NCBI GenBank assembly: GCA_947628415.1
Contig: CANQZU010000002.1
Span: 1-58,840, forward strand
From: an uncultured Clostridia bacterium
Lineage (GTDB): Bacteria; Bacillota; Clostridia; TANB77; CAG-508
Length of the DNA: 58,840 bases
Direction of reading: 5' to 3'
Below the pieces are notes generated by a model. It was not told the origin of the DNA, did no database searches, and saw only the letters and a program-made list of their open reading frames with translations. The first letter of the stretch is position 1, and every line of letters begins with the position of its first letter. This document shows positions 37,857-48,815 of the stretch, in pieces. A program made the translations under genes and the position numbers.

Positions 37857-38099
37857 ATGCCAATTTATAAAAAAATTAAAGAAAGGAAAAAATATATGGA
37901 AAAAACAATTAGTATAGATATTTCAGAAGAAAATGGAAATGTTTATATTTCAGAAGATGGTTCATCTGGGGCTGTTTATCCTATAGATTTTTCTAAGGGT
38001 AGCGAAAAAATTATTGAGGACATCCAAAAAGCCTTCAATACATATATAACTTCCTATTTGAATTATGAATCTGAAAAAGAAAATGACTATGAGATATAA
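37857..38099 (+). CDS. Small hypothetical protein ending SEKENDYEI
   Basis: ORF with an AAGGAG RBS. Its 3' ~24 nt are duplicated at the end of the next gene. Confidence 0.5.
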   Translation: MPIYKKIKERKKYMEKTISIDISEENGNVYISEDGSSGAVYPIDFSKGSEKIIEDIQKAFNTYITSYLNYESEKENDYEI

Positions 38100-38116
38100 A
38101 AGAAAGGAGAATTTCT

Positions 38117-38440
38117 ATGAAGTTTTATAGAGTTATTTATAAAAGTGTCTATCTTGAAGAAGGTGAAAGTATTGTAGAAGTACACACTTTCCAGAATAAG
38201 AATTTAGCTTTAAATTATCTAAAAAGAACAATTGAAGAAATCAAAAAGCAAGTAGAAGATTTAGAGAATTACTGTGTAGAAGAAGATGAAAAATCATATG
38301 AAAGATATTTAGAAGGTAGAAGTTCAGAAGATGATGTTGCTATATGGATAGAAGATGGTGAATTTTATGATGAAAAAGAACTTCAAGAAGAACAATTAAT
38401 TCAAAATAAAAGTGAAAAGGAAAATGACTATGAGATGTAA
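38117..38440 (+). CDS. Small acidic hypothetical protein ending SEKENDYEM
   Basis: ORF with an AAAGGAG RBS. Confidence 0.5.
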   Translation: MKFYRVIYKSVYLEEGESIVEVHTFQNKNLALNYLKRTIEEIKKQVEDLENYCVEEDEKSYERYLEGRSSEDDVAIWIEDGEFYDEKELQEEQLIQNKSEKENDYEM

Positions 38441-39167
38441 TAAGATTTTAGGAATACTATTAATTCTTATTTTTCTCATAGTCTTTTTTTCATGCTTTTA
38501 TTTTTTTCTAAAAGACTTTTTTGAATTAAAAGAAAGTGATGAAGATACACAAGAATTAATTGATGATGCAATTGAAATAATTGATGATTCAAAAGGTGAA
38601 GATGAAAAAAAATCAATTAATTGGGAATATTTAAAATCTATAAATAAAGATATTATAGGATGGATAGAGATTGAAAATACTAATATTAATTATCCAATAT
38701 TGAAAGATACTGACAATTTGTATTATTTAAAACATTCTTATAATAAAAAGTATAATAGTAATGGTTCTATATTTACATTAGATAATGAACCATTTAAGAT
38801 ACAAGAAACACTAATTTACGGACATAATATGAAAAATAAAGCAATGTTTTCTCAATTAAGCAATTATTTAGATAATGACTTTCTATATTCACATAGGAAT
38901 ATAAAAATCTATACACCAATTCAAAATTATATTGGTACAATTTTTAGTTGCTATTCTATAGGAATAGAAAATGAAGATAGTAATATAAAATCTTTAGATT
39001 TTAACGAAAAAATAAAATACTATAAAAGTAAGAGTAAAATCAAAATCGAATATACGGATGAAATAAACAAAATTATTAAATTATCCACTTGTTCATATAT
39101 AAATGCAAGAACACATCCTACAAATCAAAGATATTATATTATTGCAAATCTTATTCCTACGGAATAG
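38412..39167 (+). CDS. Class B-like sortase
   Basis: N-terminal TM helix, YGHNMKNKAMFSQL (His), KLSTCSY (Cys) and a downstream Arg. The start is ambiguous (38412, 38427 or 38433). Confidence 0.8.
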   Translation: MKRKMTMRCNKILGILLILIFLIVFFSCFYFFLKDFFELKESDEDTQELIDDAIEIIDDSKGEDEKKSINWEYLKSINKDIIGWIEIENTNINYPILKDTDNLYYLKHSYNKKYNSNGSIFTLDNEPFKIQETLIYGHNMKNKAMFSQLSNYLDNDFLYSHRNIKIYTPIQNYIGTIFSCYSIGIENEDSNIKSLDFNEKIKYYKSKSKIKIEYTDEINKIIKLSTCSYINARTHPTNQRYYIIANLIPTE

Positions 39168-39212
39168 AAAATTAAGTCTAACAAGTGTTAGGCTTTTTAT
39201 TATGGAGGTGCT

Positions 39213-39347
39213 ATGCAAAAAAAAGATTTATACGATATTGCTCTTGATGAGATACATTTACAAGATAAAAGGCGACAAGAAAAAAGAGATCAGGAGGCAA
39301 AACAAGAAAATGAAGGTGAAAAAGAATCACCTATTTATGAATACTAG
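39213..39347 (+). CDS. Small charged hypothetical protein (44 aa)
   Basis: My own translation gives MQKKDLYDIALDEIHLQDKRRQEKRDQEAKQENEGEKESPIYEY. GGAGG RBS. Confidence 0.35.
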   Translation: MQKKDLYDIALDEIHLQDKRRQEKRDQEAKQENEGEKESPIYEY

Positions 39348-39359
39348 GAAGGTGCTTAA

Positions 39360-39548
39360 ATGTTAAAAAAAATATTAAATAAAATTCAAAGATTAGAACA
39401 ACAAAAACAAATTAAAGTTGATAAACAATCTCAAATACAATCAGAGATTGATGAAATTGATGTAAAATTAAAAAAACTATATACTTTTAAAAGAGATTAT
39501 GAAAAACTAGAAAATAATTCTACAGAGTATTTAAACAATATAAAATAA
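39360..39548 (+). CDS. Small coiled-coil hypothetical protein
   Basis: ORF with an AGGAAGG RBS. Confidence 0.45.
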   Translation: MLKKILNKIQRLEQQKQIKVDKQSQIQSEIDEIDVKLKKLYTFKRDYEKLENNSTEYLNNIK

Positions 39549-39617
39549 AAAAATTGTAAAAAAGGGCTGACTTTTTCATAAAACCACGCTATTATTAAAT
39601 TAAAGGAGTGATGAATT

Positions 39618-40367
39618 ATGAGAAAGTTTTTAATTATAATATTTATGTCTTTAATTGCAAGTAGCAGTTATTATGGTTTAATACCTAAAAAAGAAGAACA
39701 GGAAAAAGATTTTCAAAATACAGTACAGGAAACAATACAAGAAAATTTAGTTCAAAATGAAACTATAGAAGATACGCCAAAGGATATAACTAATGAATCA
39801 GAAAATATAGTTGAACAAAAAGAAGGTTTAGAAACAAAAAAAGTAATACAAGAAAATACAAAGCAAAATGAAAAATCAAAAGATACAAATATTAATAATA
39901 AAAGTGAAATACAAGAAACAAAACAAAAAAATAACGAACCAAATAAAACTACAGCAACTAATACAAAACAAACAGAACCAAATAATCAAAATAATGCTCA
40001 AACAACATCACCTAAAGAAAATCAAAACACAAAAAAAGTTGATTTATCAAAATATATGTATTATGAAAAAGCATCTGATGGAAGTTACAAGGCTTTTATG
40101 GTAGATAAATCAGAATTAAACAATTTAAAAGCATTGATTGATAATGTAATTAATAAATTTGGATACAAAAATATTAAGGTAATTCCAGATAGTTCGTTAG
40201 TAAAAGATGGAACAAGATATTTCACAGCAAATACTACAAATGTAGAAAATGAAGTTTATGATAGTGAAGGATTTAATATATATTATTATGCAGTAAAAGA
40301 ATATTTGATTTCACCAAACGGAACTGAAAGATATTTTCAAACACGATCTTATATAAAAGTAAAATAA
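39618..40367 (+). CDS. Secreted/anchored low-complexity protein, hypothetical
   Basis: Signal-like N-terminus (MRKFLIIIFMSLIASSSYYG), an Asn/Gln/Lys/Glu/Thr-rich linker, then a C-terminal globular part. Confidence 0.55.
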   Translation: MRKFLIIIFMSLIASSSYYGLIPKKEEQEKDFQNTVQETIQENLVQNETIEDTPKDITNESENIVEQKEGLETKKVIQENTKQNEKSKDTNINNKSEIQETKQKNNEPNKTTATNTKQTEPNNQNNAQTTSPKENQNTKKVDLSKYMYYEKASDGSYKAFMVDKSELNNLKALIDNVINKFGYKNIKVIPDSSLVKDGTRYFTANTTNVENEVYDSEGFNIYYYAVKEYLISPNGTERYFQTRSYIKVK

Positions 40368-40429
40368 TTAATATGAATTAAAATATAAGGAATTGGTTTT
40401 AAACCAGTTCTTTTTTTATGGAGGTAAAA

Positions 40430-43400
40430 ATGATAAGAAATTTAAAAACTAAAATGATAGCAACATTGTTATTAACAATTATGCTTATTTCAAATATCAT
40501 ACAACTTGTTCCATTATTGGAAAGTAATGCAGCAAGTGTAGGAGATTCGATATTTATAGAAAGTATTGGTACAGTACAATATCATTTACAAAGTCATGCA
40601 ACAACAAGTGGTGGTTATGTAATTACACATCTTGCAGGATACCACGATAATGGAAAGTTTTATCCAGCATATTGTTTAGACCACGATTTACATGGAGTTG
40701 AAGATGGTAATGGATATAATGTAACACTAACACAATTATTAAAAGATACTGAAACTTACAATAAAGTATGGAGAACAACTGTAGCAGGATACCCATACCA
40801 TACTGCTGATGAATTAGGTGTAAGTGATTGGACCTATGCTTATCAAGCAACTAAAATGGCTATTTATTGCGTAATGGGTCAAGCGAATGTAAATGATTTT
40901 TATGCAACCGATACTATAGGACAACAAATAGTCGACTTGATAAAAAGATTAGTAAACGAAGGAAATAATGGTTCTGCAACATATAAAACACCAGTAGCAG
41001 AAATCACTAAAGTAGGAGATGTTACATTAGATGGTAATTATTATATACAAAAATATAATTTAACAACTAATTTAGATTTATCAGATTTTACTTTAGCAAT
41101 TTCAAATTTTCCAAACGGAACTATTCTTACAGATTTAAACGGAAATGCTAAAAATACTTTTAATGCAGGAGAACAATTCCAAGTAAAAATGCCAAAAGAT
41201 GAATTTGAAAAACAAGATATTAATGGAAGAATAAGAGCAACAGTCAAAACAAAAGAATATGCAATTTTTTATGGTTCAAGCTATAATGCTCAAACACAAG
41301 ATTATGCTCTAACGGCTGATCCAATTTCCTTAAATAGTTGTTCATCAGATTTATCAATAAAAAATAATAAATCTTCTATAAAAATTTATAAATATAATGA
41401 AGATAAAAGTGCGCCTATTAAAGATGTAACATTTGAATTATTAAAAGAAGATGGTACAGTTATTAAGACAGTAAAAACAGATGAAAATGGAATAGCAACT
41501 TTTGACAAATTATATAAAGGTAAATATTTTGCAAGAGAAAAAGATACTGTGAAAGGTTATTTGTTAAATGATGAAACAATAGAAATATCAGTTGACTATG
41601 CTAGTACCACAGAGGCTACTATGATGAATAAAGAACCAACTGGAGAAATAAAACTAATAAAAACTGATAGTGAAACAGGAAATCAAGATAGAGCAGATAA
41701 AACTAGCCATCATGGAGATGCAACTTTAGAGGGAACAGAATATACATTATATGCACAAGAAGATATTTACAATGTTGCTAAAACAATAAAATATTTTTCT
41801 AAAGATGATGTAATAGCAAAATATATTTTTAATAGTTATGGAAATGCTGTAGTAAAAATAACAAATACATCTACCACAGCTAAACTAGAAAGCAAAGAAA
41901 ATGTATTAAAAGGACTTCCTATGGGCTTATACTATGTAAAAGAAACTGTTGTACCACAAGGATATTTACAAGATGGTAACACACATTCAATTGAATTAAA
42001 ATACAAAGATAAAAATACACCAGTAATTAAAGTAGAAAAAACATTAACTAATGATGTAGAAAAAGGAAGATTTGAAGTAATTAAAATGTCATCAGACACC
42101 AATACCACAGCACCAATAGTTGAAGGAGCTGAATTTACAGCTATTCTTACAAAGTATGTTGATTATTACGGAAGTTTTAATGAGGCATTAAAACATTTAA
42201 ACGAATTTGCAGAGGATGAATATTCTATATTTAAAACAGAATCTAATGGACACTCAATAAGTGGTTTATTAGCATACGGAAAATATACTGTAAATGAAAC
42301 ATATTGTCCTTCAAATAGAATAAATCCTGTAAAAGAATTTAATGTTGTTATAGATAAAAATAGTAATGGTCCACAAAAAGAATTAATAGAAAATGATACT
42401 CCTTTTAAAAGTTATATAAAAATGATAAAGAAAGACAAAAAATCTGGAAAAGATGTAACATTTTCAAATACAACTTTTTCACTATATAAATTAAATGAAG
42501 AAACAAGAGAATGGGAAAGAGTATCTTGTAAACTAGGTAGAGAAAGTTTTGATACTTGGACTACTGATGAAAATGCAATTGCATATACTGAAACAAAACT
42601 TGATGCAGGAACTTATAAAATTGATGAAATAAAAGTTCCAGATGGATATTTGCAATTAGATGAAGAATGTACTTTTGAAGTAAATAGAGATAATCAAACA
42701 TTAGAATATGACAAAGATATGGATGCTTATATTACAGTAGAGGTTAAAAATGAGCAACCAACAGGAACACTAATCATAGACAAAAGTGTAGCAATTAGAC
42801 AAGATATTGATACTTCACTTGTTGATATTAGCGATTTATCAGGAATAGAATTCAAACTTACAGCAAAAGAAGATATAATTGATTATGCTGATGGAAGTAT
42901 AATATACAAAAAAGGTCAAGAAGTTAAAACATTTAATGTAGATAAAAATGGGAATTACACTATAGCAGAGTTACCTATGGGAATATATGAATTACAAGAA
43001 ATTAAAACATTAGATGGTTTAGTTTTGAATGATGAAAAATATGAGATTAAATTTGAACAGAAAGATTTAACAACTAAAGTATATGAAGATAGAAAAGATA
43101 TTGTAAATGATACTACTATATTTGAATTTTCTAAAAAATCAATAACAGGAGATGATGAACTAGAAGGAGCAAATTTACAAGTTATTGATAAAGATGGAAA
43201 AATTATAGATGAATGGACTTCTGGAAATAAAACGCACAAAATAGAAGGCTTAAAAGTTGGAGAAACATACACATTAAGAGAAACAATTACTCCTAATGGA
43301 TATGTAAAAGCTACAGATATAGAATTCACAGTTGATAATACACAAGATATTCAAAAAATAGAAATGATTGACAAAATAGTTGAAATGACTAAAGTTGATA

Positions 43401-44338
43401 TTGGTGGCGAAGAATTAGAAGGTGCAAAAATTCAAGTATTTGATAAGGATAATAAATTAGTAGATGAATGGGTATCTTCTAAAGAACCACATAGAATAAA
43501 TGGATTAGTAGAAAAAGAAACATATACACTTCATGAAGAGGTTGCAATTGAAGGGTATGTAAAAGCTACAGATATAGAATTCACAGTTACAGAGGATAAA
43601 GAAACTCAAAAAATAGAAATGATTGACAAAATAGTTCAAGTTACAAAAACAGATTTAACAACTGGTGAAGAATTAGAAGGTGCTGAATTAGTTGTAACAG
43701 ATGAAAATGGAAATGTAATTGATGAGTGGACTTCTACAAAAGAACCTCATAATATTACAGGTTTAGAGGAAGGAAAAACTTATACATTAACAGAAAAAAC
43801 TTGTCCTTATGGATACGAACAAGCAGAAAGCATAGAATTCACAGTTACAGAGGATAAAGAAACTCAAAAAATAGAAATGAAAGATATGCCTATATTAAAA
43901 AATATTAGAATTATAAAAGCAGATAGTTCTACTAAAGAAATAATAAAAGACAATTTCAAATTCGGAATCTATGAAGATGCAGAATGTAATAAACTTATAA
44001 AAGAGGTTGCATCAAATAAAGAAGATGGAACAGTTACATTTGAAGATTTACGCTATGGAACATACTATATTAAAGAATTAAAACAACCTCATGGATACCA
44101 ATTGTCAAATAAAGTTTTAAAATTAGATATAAATGATAAAGGTGTATTCATTGATGATGTTCAAATAGAAGAAAAAGATGATATATATAGCTTTACTTTC
44201 TACAATGATTTACTTCCAAAGGTTCAAACTGGTAATGAAATGAATTATATATTATTATCAACATTAATGGGATTATCATTAATTGGTATAACTACAGGAA
44301 TTGTAGTATTAAAGAGAAAAAATAGAAAAGATAAATAG
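40430..44338 (+). CDS. Sortase-anchored surface adhesin: N-terminal thioester-type domain plus multiple CnaB/SpaA-type repeats
   Basis: Signal peptide. YPAYCLDH and YQATKMAIY form a Cys/Gln thioester-domain-like pair. Many repeats contain ..GYxL/GYVKA. The C-terminus is PKVQTG followed by a TM helix and KRKNRKDK. Confidence 0.8.
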   Translation: MIRNLKTKMIATLLLTIMLISNIIQLVPLLESNAASVGDSIFIESIGTVQYHLQSHATTSGGYVITHLAGYHDNGKFYPAYCLDHDLHGVEDGNGYNVTLTQLLKDTETYNKVWRTTVAGYPYHTADELGVSDWTYAYQATKMAIYCVMGQANVNDFYATDTIGQQIVDLIKRLVNEGNNGSATYKTPVAEITKVGDVTLDGNYYIQKYNLTTNLDLSDFTLAISNFPNGTILTDLNGNAKNTFNAGEQFQVKMPKDEFEKQDINGRIRATVKTKEYAIFYGSSYNAQTQDYALTADPISLNSCSSDLSIKNNKSSIKIYKYNEDKSAPIKDVTFELLKEDGTVIKTVKTDENGIATFDKLYKGKYFAREKDTVKGYLLNDETIEISVDYASTTEATMMNKEPTGEIKLIKTDSETGNQDRADKTSHHGDATLEGTEYTLYAQEDIYNVAKTIKYFSKDDVIAKYIFNSYGNAVVKITNTSTTAKLESKENVLKGLPMGLYYVKETVVPQGYLQDGNTHSIELKYKDKNTPVIKVEKTLTNDVEKGRFEVIKMSSDTNTTAPIVEGAEFTAILTKYVDYYGSFNEALKHLNEFAEDEYSIFKTESNGHSISGLLAYGKYTVNETYCPSNRINPVKEFNVVIDKNSNGPQKELIENDTPFKSYIKMIKKDKKSGKDVTFSNTTFSLYKLNEETREWERVSCKLGRESFDTWTTDENAIAYTETKLDAGTYKIDEIKVPDGYLQLDEECTFEVNRDNQTLEYDKDMDAYITVEVKNEQPTGTLIIDKSVAIRQDIDTSLVDISDLSGIEFKLTAKEDIIDYADGSIIYKKGQEVKTFNVDKNGNYTIAELPMGIYELQEIKTLDGLVLNDEKYEIKFEQKDLTTKVYEDRKDIVNDTTIFEFSKKSITGDDELEGANLQVIDKDGKIIDEWTSGNKTHKIEGLKVGETYTLRETITPNGYVKATDIEFTVDNTQDIQKIEMIDKIVEMTKVDIGGEELEGAKIQVFDKDNKLVDEWVSSKEPHRINGLVEKETYTLHEEVAIEGYVKATDIEFTVTEDKETQKIEMIDKIVQVTKTDLTTGEELEGAELVVTDENGNVIDEWTSTKEPHNITGLEEGKTYTLTEKTCPYGYEQAESIEFTVTEDKETQKIEMKDMPILKNIRIIKADSSTKEIIKDNFKFGIYEDAECNKLIKEVASNKEDGTVTFEDLRYGTYYIKELKQPHGYQLSNKVLKLDINDKGVFIDDVQIEEKDDIYSFTFYNDLLPKVQTGNEMNYILLSTLMGLSLIGITTGIVVLKRKNRKDK

Positions 44339-44343
44339 TTTTT

Positions 44344-44370
44344 GAGTGGGTACACCCCACTCTCTTTTCT
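44344..44370 (+). terminator. Intrinsic terminator after the adhesin gene
   Basis: GAGTGGG tacac CCCACTC followed by TCTTTTCTTT. Confidence 0.7.
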
Positions 44371-44380
44371 TTAAAAAGAG

Positions 44381-44785
44381 GTGATTTTTATACGAACAAA
44401 GATTATTTTTAGCTTTGAAGATTTAAAAAATATTATATCTGAAAATACACAAATAGGAACTTCTTATTTACTATTGGATGAACCATATTTTGAAGATATA
44501 GAAAGACAAGTAAAAGCTGTTAGAGATATATTTATAGAAATAAGTAAAGTTATAGAACCTATGAATATTGTAAAACAAATTAGTTTTAAAACAAAAGATA
44601 AATATACTACAAAACAAATTTATGATTTTGTGCAAATTTTAAGACAAACCTCAAATATTTTAGTTACTTTATTTAATGCAAAAAATGGAGTATGCAATAT
44701 ATTGTTTATAAGTAATAAAGAAGATTATTTATTAAAACAACATATTAGAGAATTTTTAGATTTGGAGGTGGATATAAATGGCTAA
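44381..44785 (+). CDS. Hypothetical protein
   Basis: ORF with a GTG start after GAGG. Confidence 0.4.
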   Translation: MIFIRTKIIFSFEDLKNIISENTQIGTSYLLLDEPYFEDIERQVKAVRDIFIEISKVIEPMNIVKQISFKTKDKYTTKQIYDFVQILRQTSNILVTLFNAKNGVCNILFISNKEDYLLKQHIREFLDLEVDING

Positions 44786-45224
44786 ATCTAATGTTAGAAT
44801 TGTTACAAGTATTGAAGGTTATAAAAAGTTAAAAGAATATATAGATAATTATATAAAAGAACATTCAGGAAACAAGGACTTAATTAATCTTTTAGATAAG
44901 ATTGATCTGAAATACGAAAGTAATAGACAATGTTATTTAGGATGGAATGATTATAATTGGAATCAATATTCAAATGAAAATGTAGAATTAGTTATGAATG
45001 GTTTATTTGAATTAATAGATAATAACTATTCATATAGATTTTATAGGCTTGGTAGAGAAAATGATGATTACGAAGAATATCATTTTGATTCTACATTAGA
45101 AAGTGAAAAAAATTTAGAATATCCTAATATTACAAGAGAATTTGATGATAGATATATTTGTGATATTTTGCACAGAGAAAAGCAAAATGCTGATTTAAGT
45201 AAGGATGATTTCGATTATGAGTGA
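44778..45224 (+). CDS. Hypothetical protein ending DDFDYE
   Basis: ORF with a GGAGG RBS. It overlaps both neighbours. Confidence 0.5.
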   Translation: MAKSNVRIVTSIEGYKKLKEYIDNYIKEHSGNKDLINLLDKIDLKYESNRQCYLGWNDYNWNQYSNENVELVMNGLFELIDNNYSYRFYRLGRENDDYEEYHFDSTLESEKNLEYPNITREFDDRYICDILHREKQNADLSKDDFDYE

Positions 45225-47565
45225 TGTATATGAAGAAATATTAAGTCATTCTAATATTCAAACAATATTGGAACATTATGGATTAAATATATTTAAAAAC
45301 AAGTGCCTCTGCCCTTTTCATAATGACACTAATCCATCTATGAGTGTTCATACTGGCAAAGGAATTGCACATTGTTTCTCTTGTGGAGCTGGTGGAAATG
45401 CTATTTCATTCATACAAAAATATGAAAGTGAAATAAATAATAATCCTATATCTTTTAAAGATGCAATGCAAAAAGCAATTGATATACAAGGCTTAAATAT
45501 AACAATTCCATCTAGTAATTATATACCATTAACAGAAGAACAAAAACAATTTAAAAGGCAAACTGCTATATTAAGAGATGTATTGAATCTTAATGAAAGA
45601 AATCTAAAACTTAATAATTCTGAAAGCAAAAAAGCATTTGAATATTTAAAAAATAGACATATATCATTAAATACAATTAATTCTTTTTATATTGGATATG
45701 CTCCAAATAATAAAACATATATTACTGAAATATTAAATAAAAAATATGAAACGAAAGATTTAATAGATTTAGGTATTTCAAAAATAGATGAACAAGGTAA
45801 TATTGTAGATGTATTTAACGAAAGAATAACAATACCTATTTTTGATGAGAATGGAAATCCTGTCGGTTTTGGAGCAAGGACAATAAATAATACTATAAAA
45901 CCAAAATATTTGAATACAAAGGCAAATAAACTGTTCAATAAAAGTAATTTATTATTTAATTTTCATCAAGCAAAATCTTATGCTAGAAATGATGAAATAA
46001 TAATAGTTGAAGGCTATATGGATGTTATAAGTGCTAAAGAAATGAAAATGGATAATGTTGTCGGAATAATGGGAACTGCCTTAACTAAAGAACATATTAA
46101 TATGTTAAAGAAATTAAAGTGTGATATTATACTTTGCTTGGATAATGATGAGCCTGGCAAAGAGGCTATGGCAAGAGTTATTCCAGAATTACAAAAAGCT
46201 AATTTAAAAGTAGATGTTATAGATATTTCAAAACTTGGTAAATATAAAGACTTTGGTGATTTACAAATTGCAGGAATGTCAAGAAAAGAAATATATCAAG
46301 CGAAAATATCGGCATTTACTTTTTTAATGCAACAAAATTACATTAAGAATAATGAATTAACAGTAGAAAATATCCACAATATATATAATAAAATGTGGAG
46401 AGATGGTCTTATAAAAGACACAAAAGATATTTTAAATTTTAAGGAATATGTTATGAAAAATACAAATTTAAAGGATAATGAAATTGAGGATATAATAAAT
46501 CCTAAAAAAATTGATAAATCAAATGAAAATATTATTGATAAGTATAAAGACATATTATTTTATTCTTATATAAAAGGACTTATTAAAAATTATGCTATTA
46601 AAAATCAAGATACTATATTATTAAAATATATAGAATCGGATAAATTGCGATTAGATTTTTTAATGAATTCTTTAAATAATACGGAGTTTCTAAAAGATGA
46701 TGAAATTACTATTAATATAGGTGGTTATATAAGAGATTTTCTTTTTAAATCAGATGATTATATAAATTTCAAAAGTAATAAAATATTTATTTTAGATAAT
46801 TTACTAAATCATGTTAAGACTTTTGATAATAAAGGTAATGAAGTTGATCTAAAACTTACAATAGAACAAAAAGAAATGGTAATAAAACAGTATAAAGAAA
46901 GTTTTGATGTGTCTATTAGAGAATATATTGAAAACAATCCAGATGAATTTGAAGAAATATTTATTGCAACCAATAGTGAGCAATTTAAAAAGTTATTTCC
47001 TAAAACTTATGAAGAAAATATGAGAGATTCTGCTATAAATAATTTTAAAAATCATGGAGTTATGGAGGCAATTAAATATGCCGCAGCTTTTTCCAATGAT
47101 ATAAAAGACAAATTAGACAGAAAATATGTAAATAACAATAAATTTAAAACATTGTTAGTTTTTAATAATAATAAGAATATACTTGGATTAACGATTGATA
47201 ATATAAAAAAGGAAATTGAGCAGAATAAAGAAAAAACTTTAGAGAAAGAACAAACAAAAGAAGTACCACAAAAACCTATGTCTGTGTTTATAAATTTGTC
47301 TGGAAAAGAAAAAGAATCCTATCGAGGAATATATCTTCCAATAGATGAGCAAAATCAAGTATTTATACCAAAATCACTTTATAAAAAAGATGATAACAAA
47401 CTTGAAATATTAAATAAAGAATCTAATAATGCAAGGATGAGTGAATATAAAATTGATAATAAAGGACAGAAGATGAAATTCTTTTCAAAACTAAGTTTAG
47501 AGGACTTTTATCATAAATATCTCAATCTATATGAAATTCAAATGGAAAAAGAGGTGATGGCTTAA
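45205..47565 (+). CDS. DnaG-type DNA primase (CHC2 zinc finger plus Toprim) with a long C-terminal extension
   Basis: CLCPFHNDTNPSMSVH..HCFSCGAGGNAISF, then IIIVEGYMDVISA and LCLDNDEPGKEA. Confidence 0.85.
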   Translation: MISIMSDVYEEILSHSNIQTILEHYGLNIFKNKCLCPFHNDTNPSMSVHTGKGIAHCFSCGAGGNAISFIQKYESEINNNPISFKDAMQKAIDIQGLNITIPSSNYIPLTEEQKQFKRQTAILRDVLNLNERNLKLNNSESKKAFEYLKNRHISLNTINSFYIGYAPNNKTYITEILNKKYETKDLIDLGISKIDEQGNIVDVFNERITIPIFDENGNPVGFGARTINNTIKPKYLNTKANKLFNKSNLLFNFHQAKSYARNDEIIIVEGYMDVISAKEMKMDNVVGIMGTALTKEHINMLKKLKCDIILCLDNDEPGKEAMARVIPELQKANLKVDVIDISKLGKYKDFGDLQIAGMSRKEIYQAKISAFTFLMQQNYIKNNELTVENIHNIYNKMWRDGLIKDTKDILNFKEYVMKNTNLKDNEIEDIINPKKIDKSNENIIDKYKDILFYSYIKGLIKNYAIKNQDTILLKYIESDKLRLDFLMNSLNNTEFLKDDEITINIGGYIRDFLFKSDDYINFKSNKIFILDNLLNHVKTFDNKGNEVDLKLTIEQKEMVIKQYKESFDVSIREYIENNPDEFEEIFIATNSEQFKKLFPKTYEENMRDSAINNFKNHGVMEAIKYAAAFSNDIKDKLDRKYVNNNKFKTLLVFNNNKNILGLTIDNIKKEIEQNKEKTLEKEQTKEVPQKPMSVFINLSGKEKESYRGIYLPIDEQNQVFIPKSLYKKDDNKLEILNKESNNARMSEYKIDNKGQKMKFFSKLSLEDFYHKYLNLYEIQMEKEVMA

Positions 47566-48815
47566 TGCAGGCAAGTAATAAATCAGATGCAACACAAGTT
47601 TATGAGGGTGCTGTAAAATCGTCAAAATCTGGAACAAAAGGTATTTTTAAGTATTTATTAAAACCACTTACTATATTTGCTTATCATTATTTTGTAGAAG
47701 GTATCCGTGCTGTGCAAAAAGATGGGCCAACAAAAGAATTAGAAAAACTCACAAATTTATCTTATGATGAAACAATTAGAGTAATGGAAAAATGTCAAAG
47801 AGATGGTATAAGAGTAGTTGCAAGTGAAAGAAAATTGGATTCAGATAATAGTGAATTTGGCAAGAAAAAATCAATGTATCAACAAAAAAGAATTACAAAA
47901 TATGCTCGTAAAATAAAGCAAATGAGTGATTTTAAATCTAATCATCCTACAATTGCAAAATATATTGGATTAAATAAATTGATGAAAATAGCTGAACAAA
48001 AACAAAATGAACAAGTTAGAAAGCACAAGGAAAAGCATTTCAATATTTATTTTAATAAATCTAAAGCGAACTATATGGGTGATAGAATTGCTGATATTTT
48101 AGAATATAGAATGGGAATTTCAAAGGATTTATTTGATGAAGATTTAAAAGATGCAATTGAACAAATCAGAGAAAAAGGTATGAATTTAAACTCTCAACAA
48201 TTAAGGAATTTTTCAGAGAAATTTAAACTACATGAGATGGGTGAAGTAGAAATTGATGAATTTACAAACGATTATTGTATTCATGAGATACCATTTGCAT
48301 CATTTATGAATATAGAAGATGAATTAGAGAGTGCTAATATTCCTTATGGTGTAAAAATTATTACAAATGAAAATGATGAAAAAATAGCACATATATACTT
48401 TGAAAATAAACACTTAGAAAGATATAATGAATTAGGATTTAATACTGTAGGTCAAGTTCATGTGTATGGAAAAAATAACAAAAATCTTCAATGGAATATC
48501 AAATCAAAAGATGAAATAGTATCTTTCACTACTAAAACTGGAGAACAAGAAAAACAAACTTATGAAGTGTTGTCTGGAAAAGATTATATTATGAAAAGAC
48601 AAGAAAATGAGTGCCTTTGGACTGTTTTAAAAGCTGACTTAAAAGAACTTGCAGAAAAAGAAAAAAAAAGAGATGTAGTGGGTAAAGATTTAGAAAGATT
48701 GCATACTTTTGAAGAACTAGAAAAATCTGTAGATAGTTCCCCTACTATTTCGGAAAATGTGAACAATATTGAAGTTAATTTCGACAATGATATTGAAAAA
48801 GAAGTAGGTGATTAA
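47565..48815 (+). CDS. Hypothetical conjugation-associated protein (possibly PcfB/DUF3801-like N-terminus)
   Basis: ORF translationally coupled to the primase gene (TAATG). Weak resemblance only. Confidence 0.35.
   Translation: MQASNKSDATQVYEGAVKSSKSGTKGIFKYLLKPLTIFAYHYFVEGIRAVQKDGPTKELEKLTNLSYDETIRVMEKCQRDGIRVVASERKLDSDNSEFGKKKSMYQQKRITKYARKIKQMSDFKSNHPTIAKYIGLNKLMKIAEQKQNEQVRKHKEKHFNIYFNKSKANYMGDRIADILEYRMGISKDLFDEDLKDAIEQIREKGMNLNSQQLRNFSEKFKLHEMGEVEIDEFTNDYCIHEIPFASFMNIEDELESANIPYGVKIITNENDEKIAHIYFENKHLERYNELGFNTVGQVHVYGKNNKNLQWNIKSKDEIVSFTTKTGEQEKQTYEVLSGKDYIMKRQENECLWTVLKADLKELAEKEKKRDVVGKDLERLHTFEELEKSVDSSPTISENVNNIEVNFDNDIEKEVGD

Noticed and set aside
43100-43900. Tandem DNA repeats as a CRISPR array or non-coding VNTR
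   Set aside because: The repeats are in-frame ~80-codon CnaB-type domain repeats inside the adhesin ORF. I saw no spacer/repeat organisation anywhere in the window.
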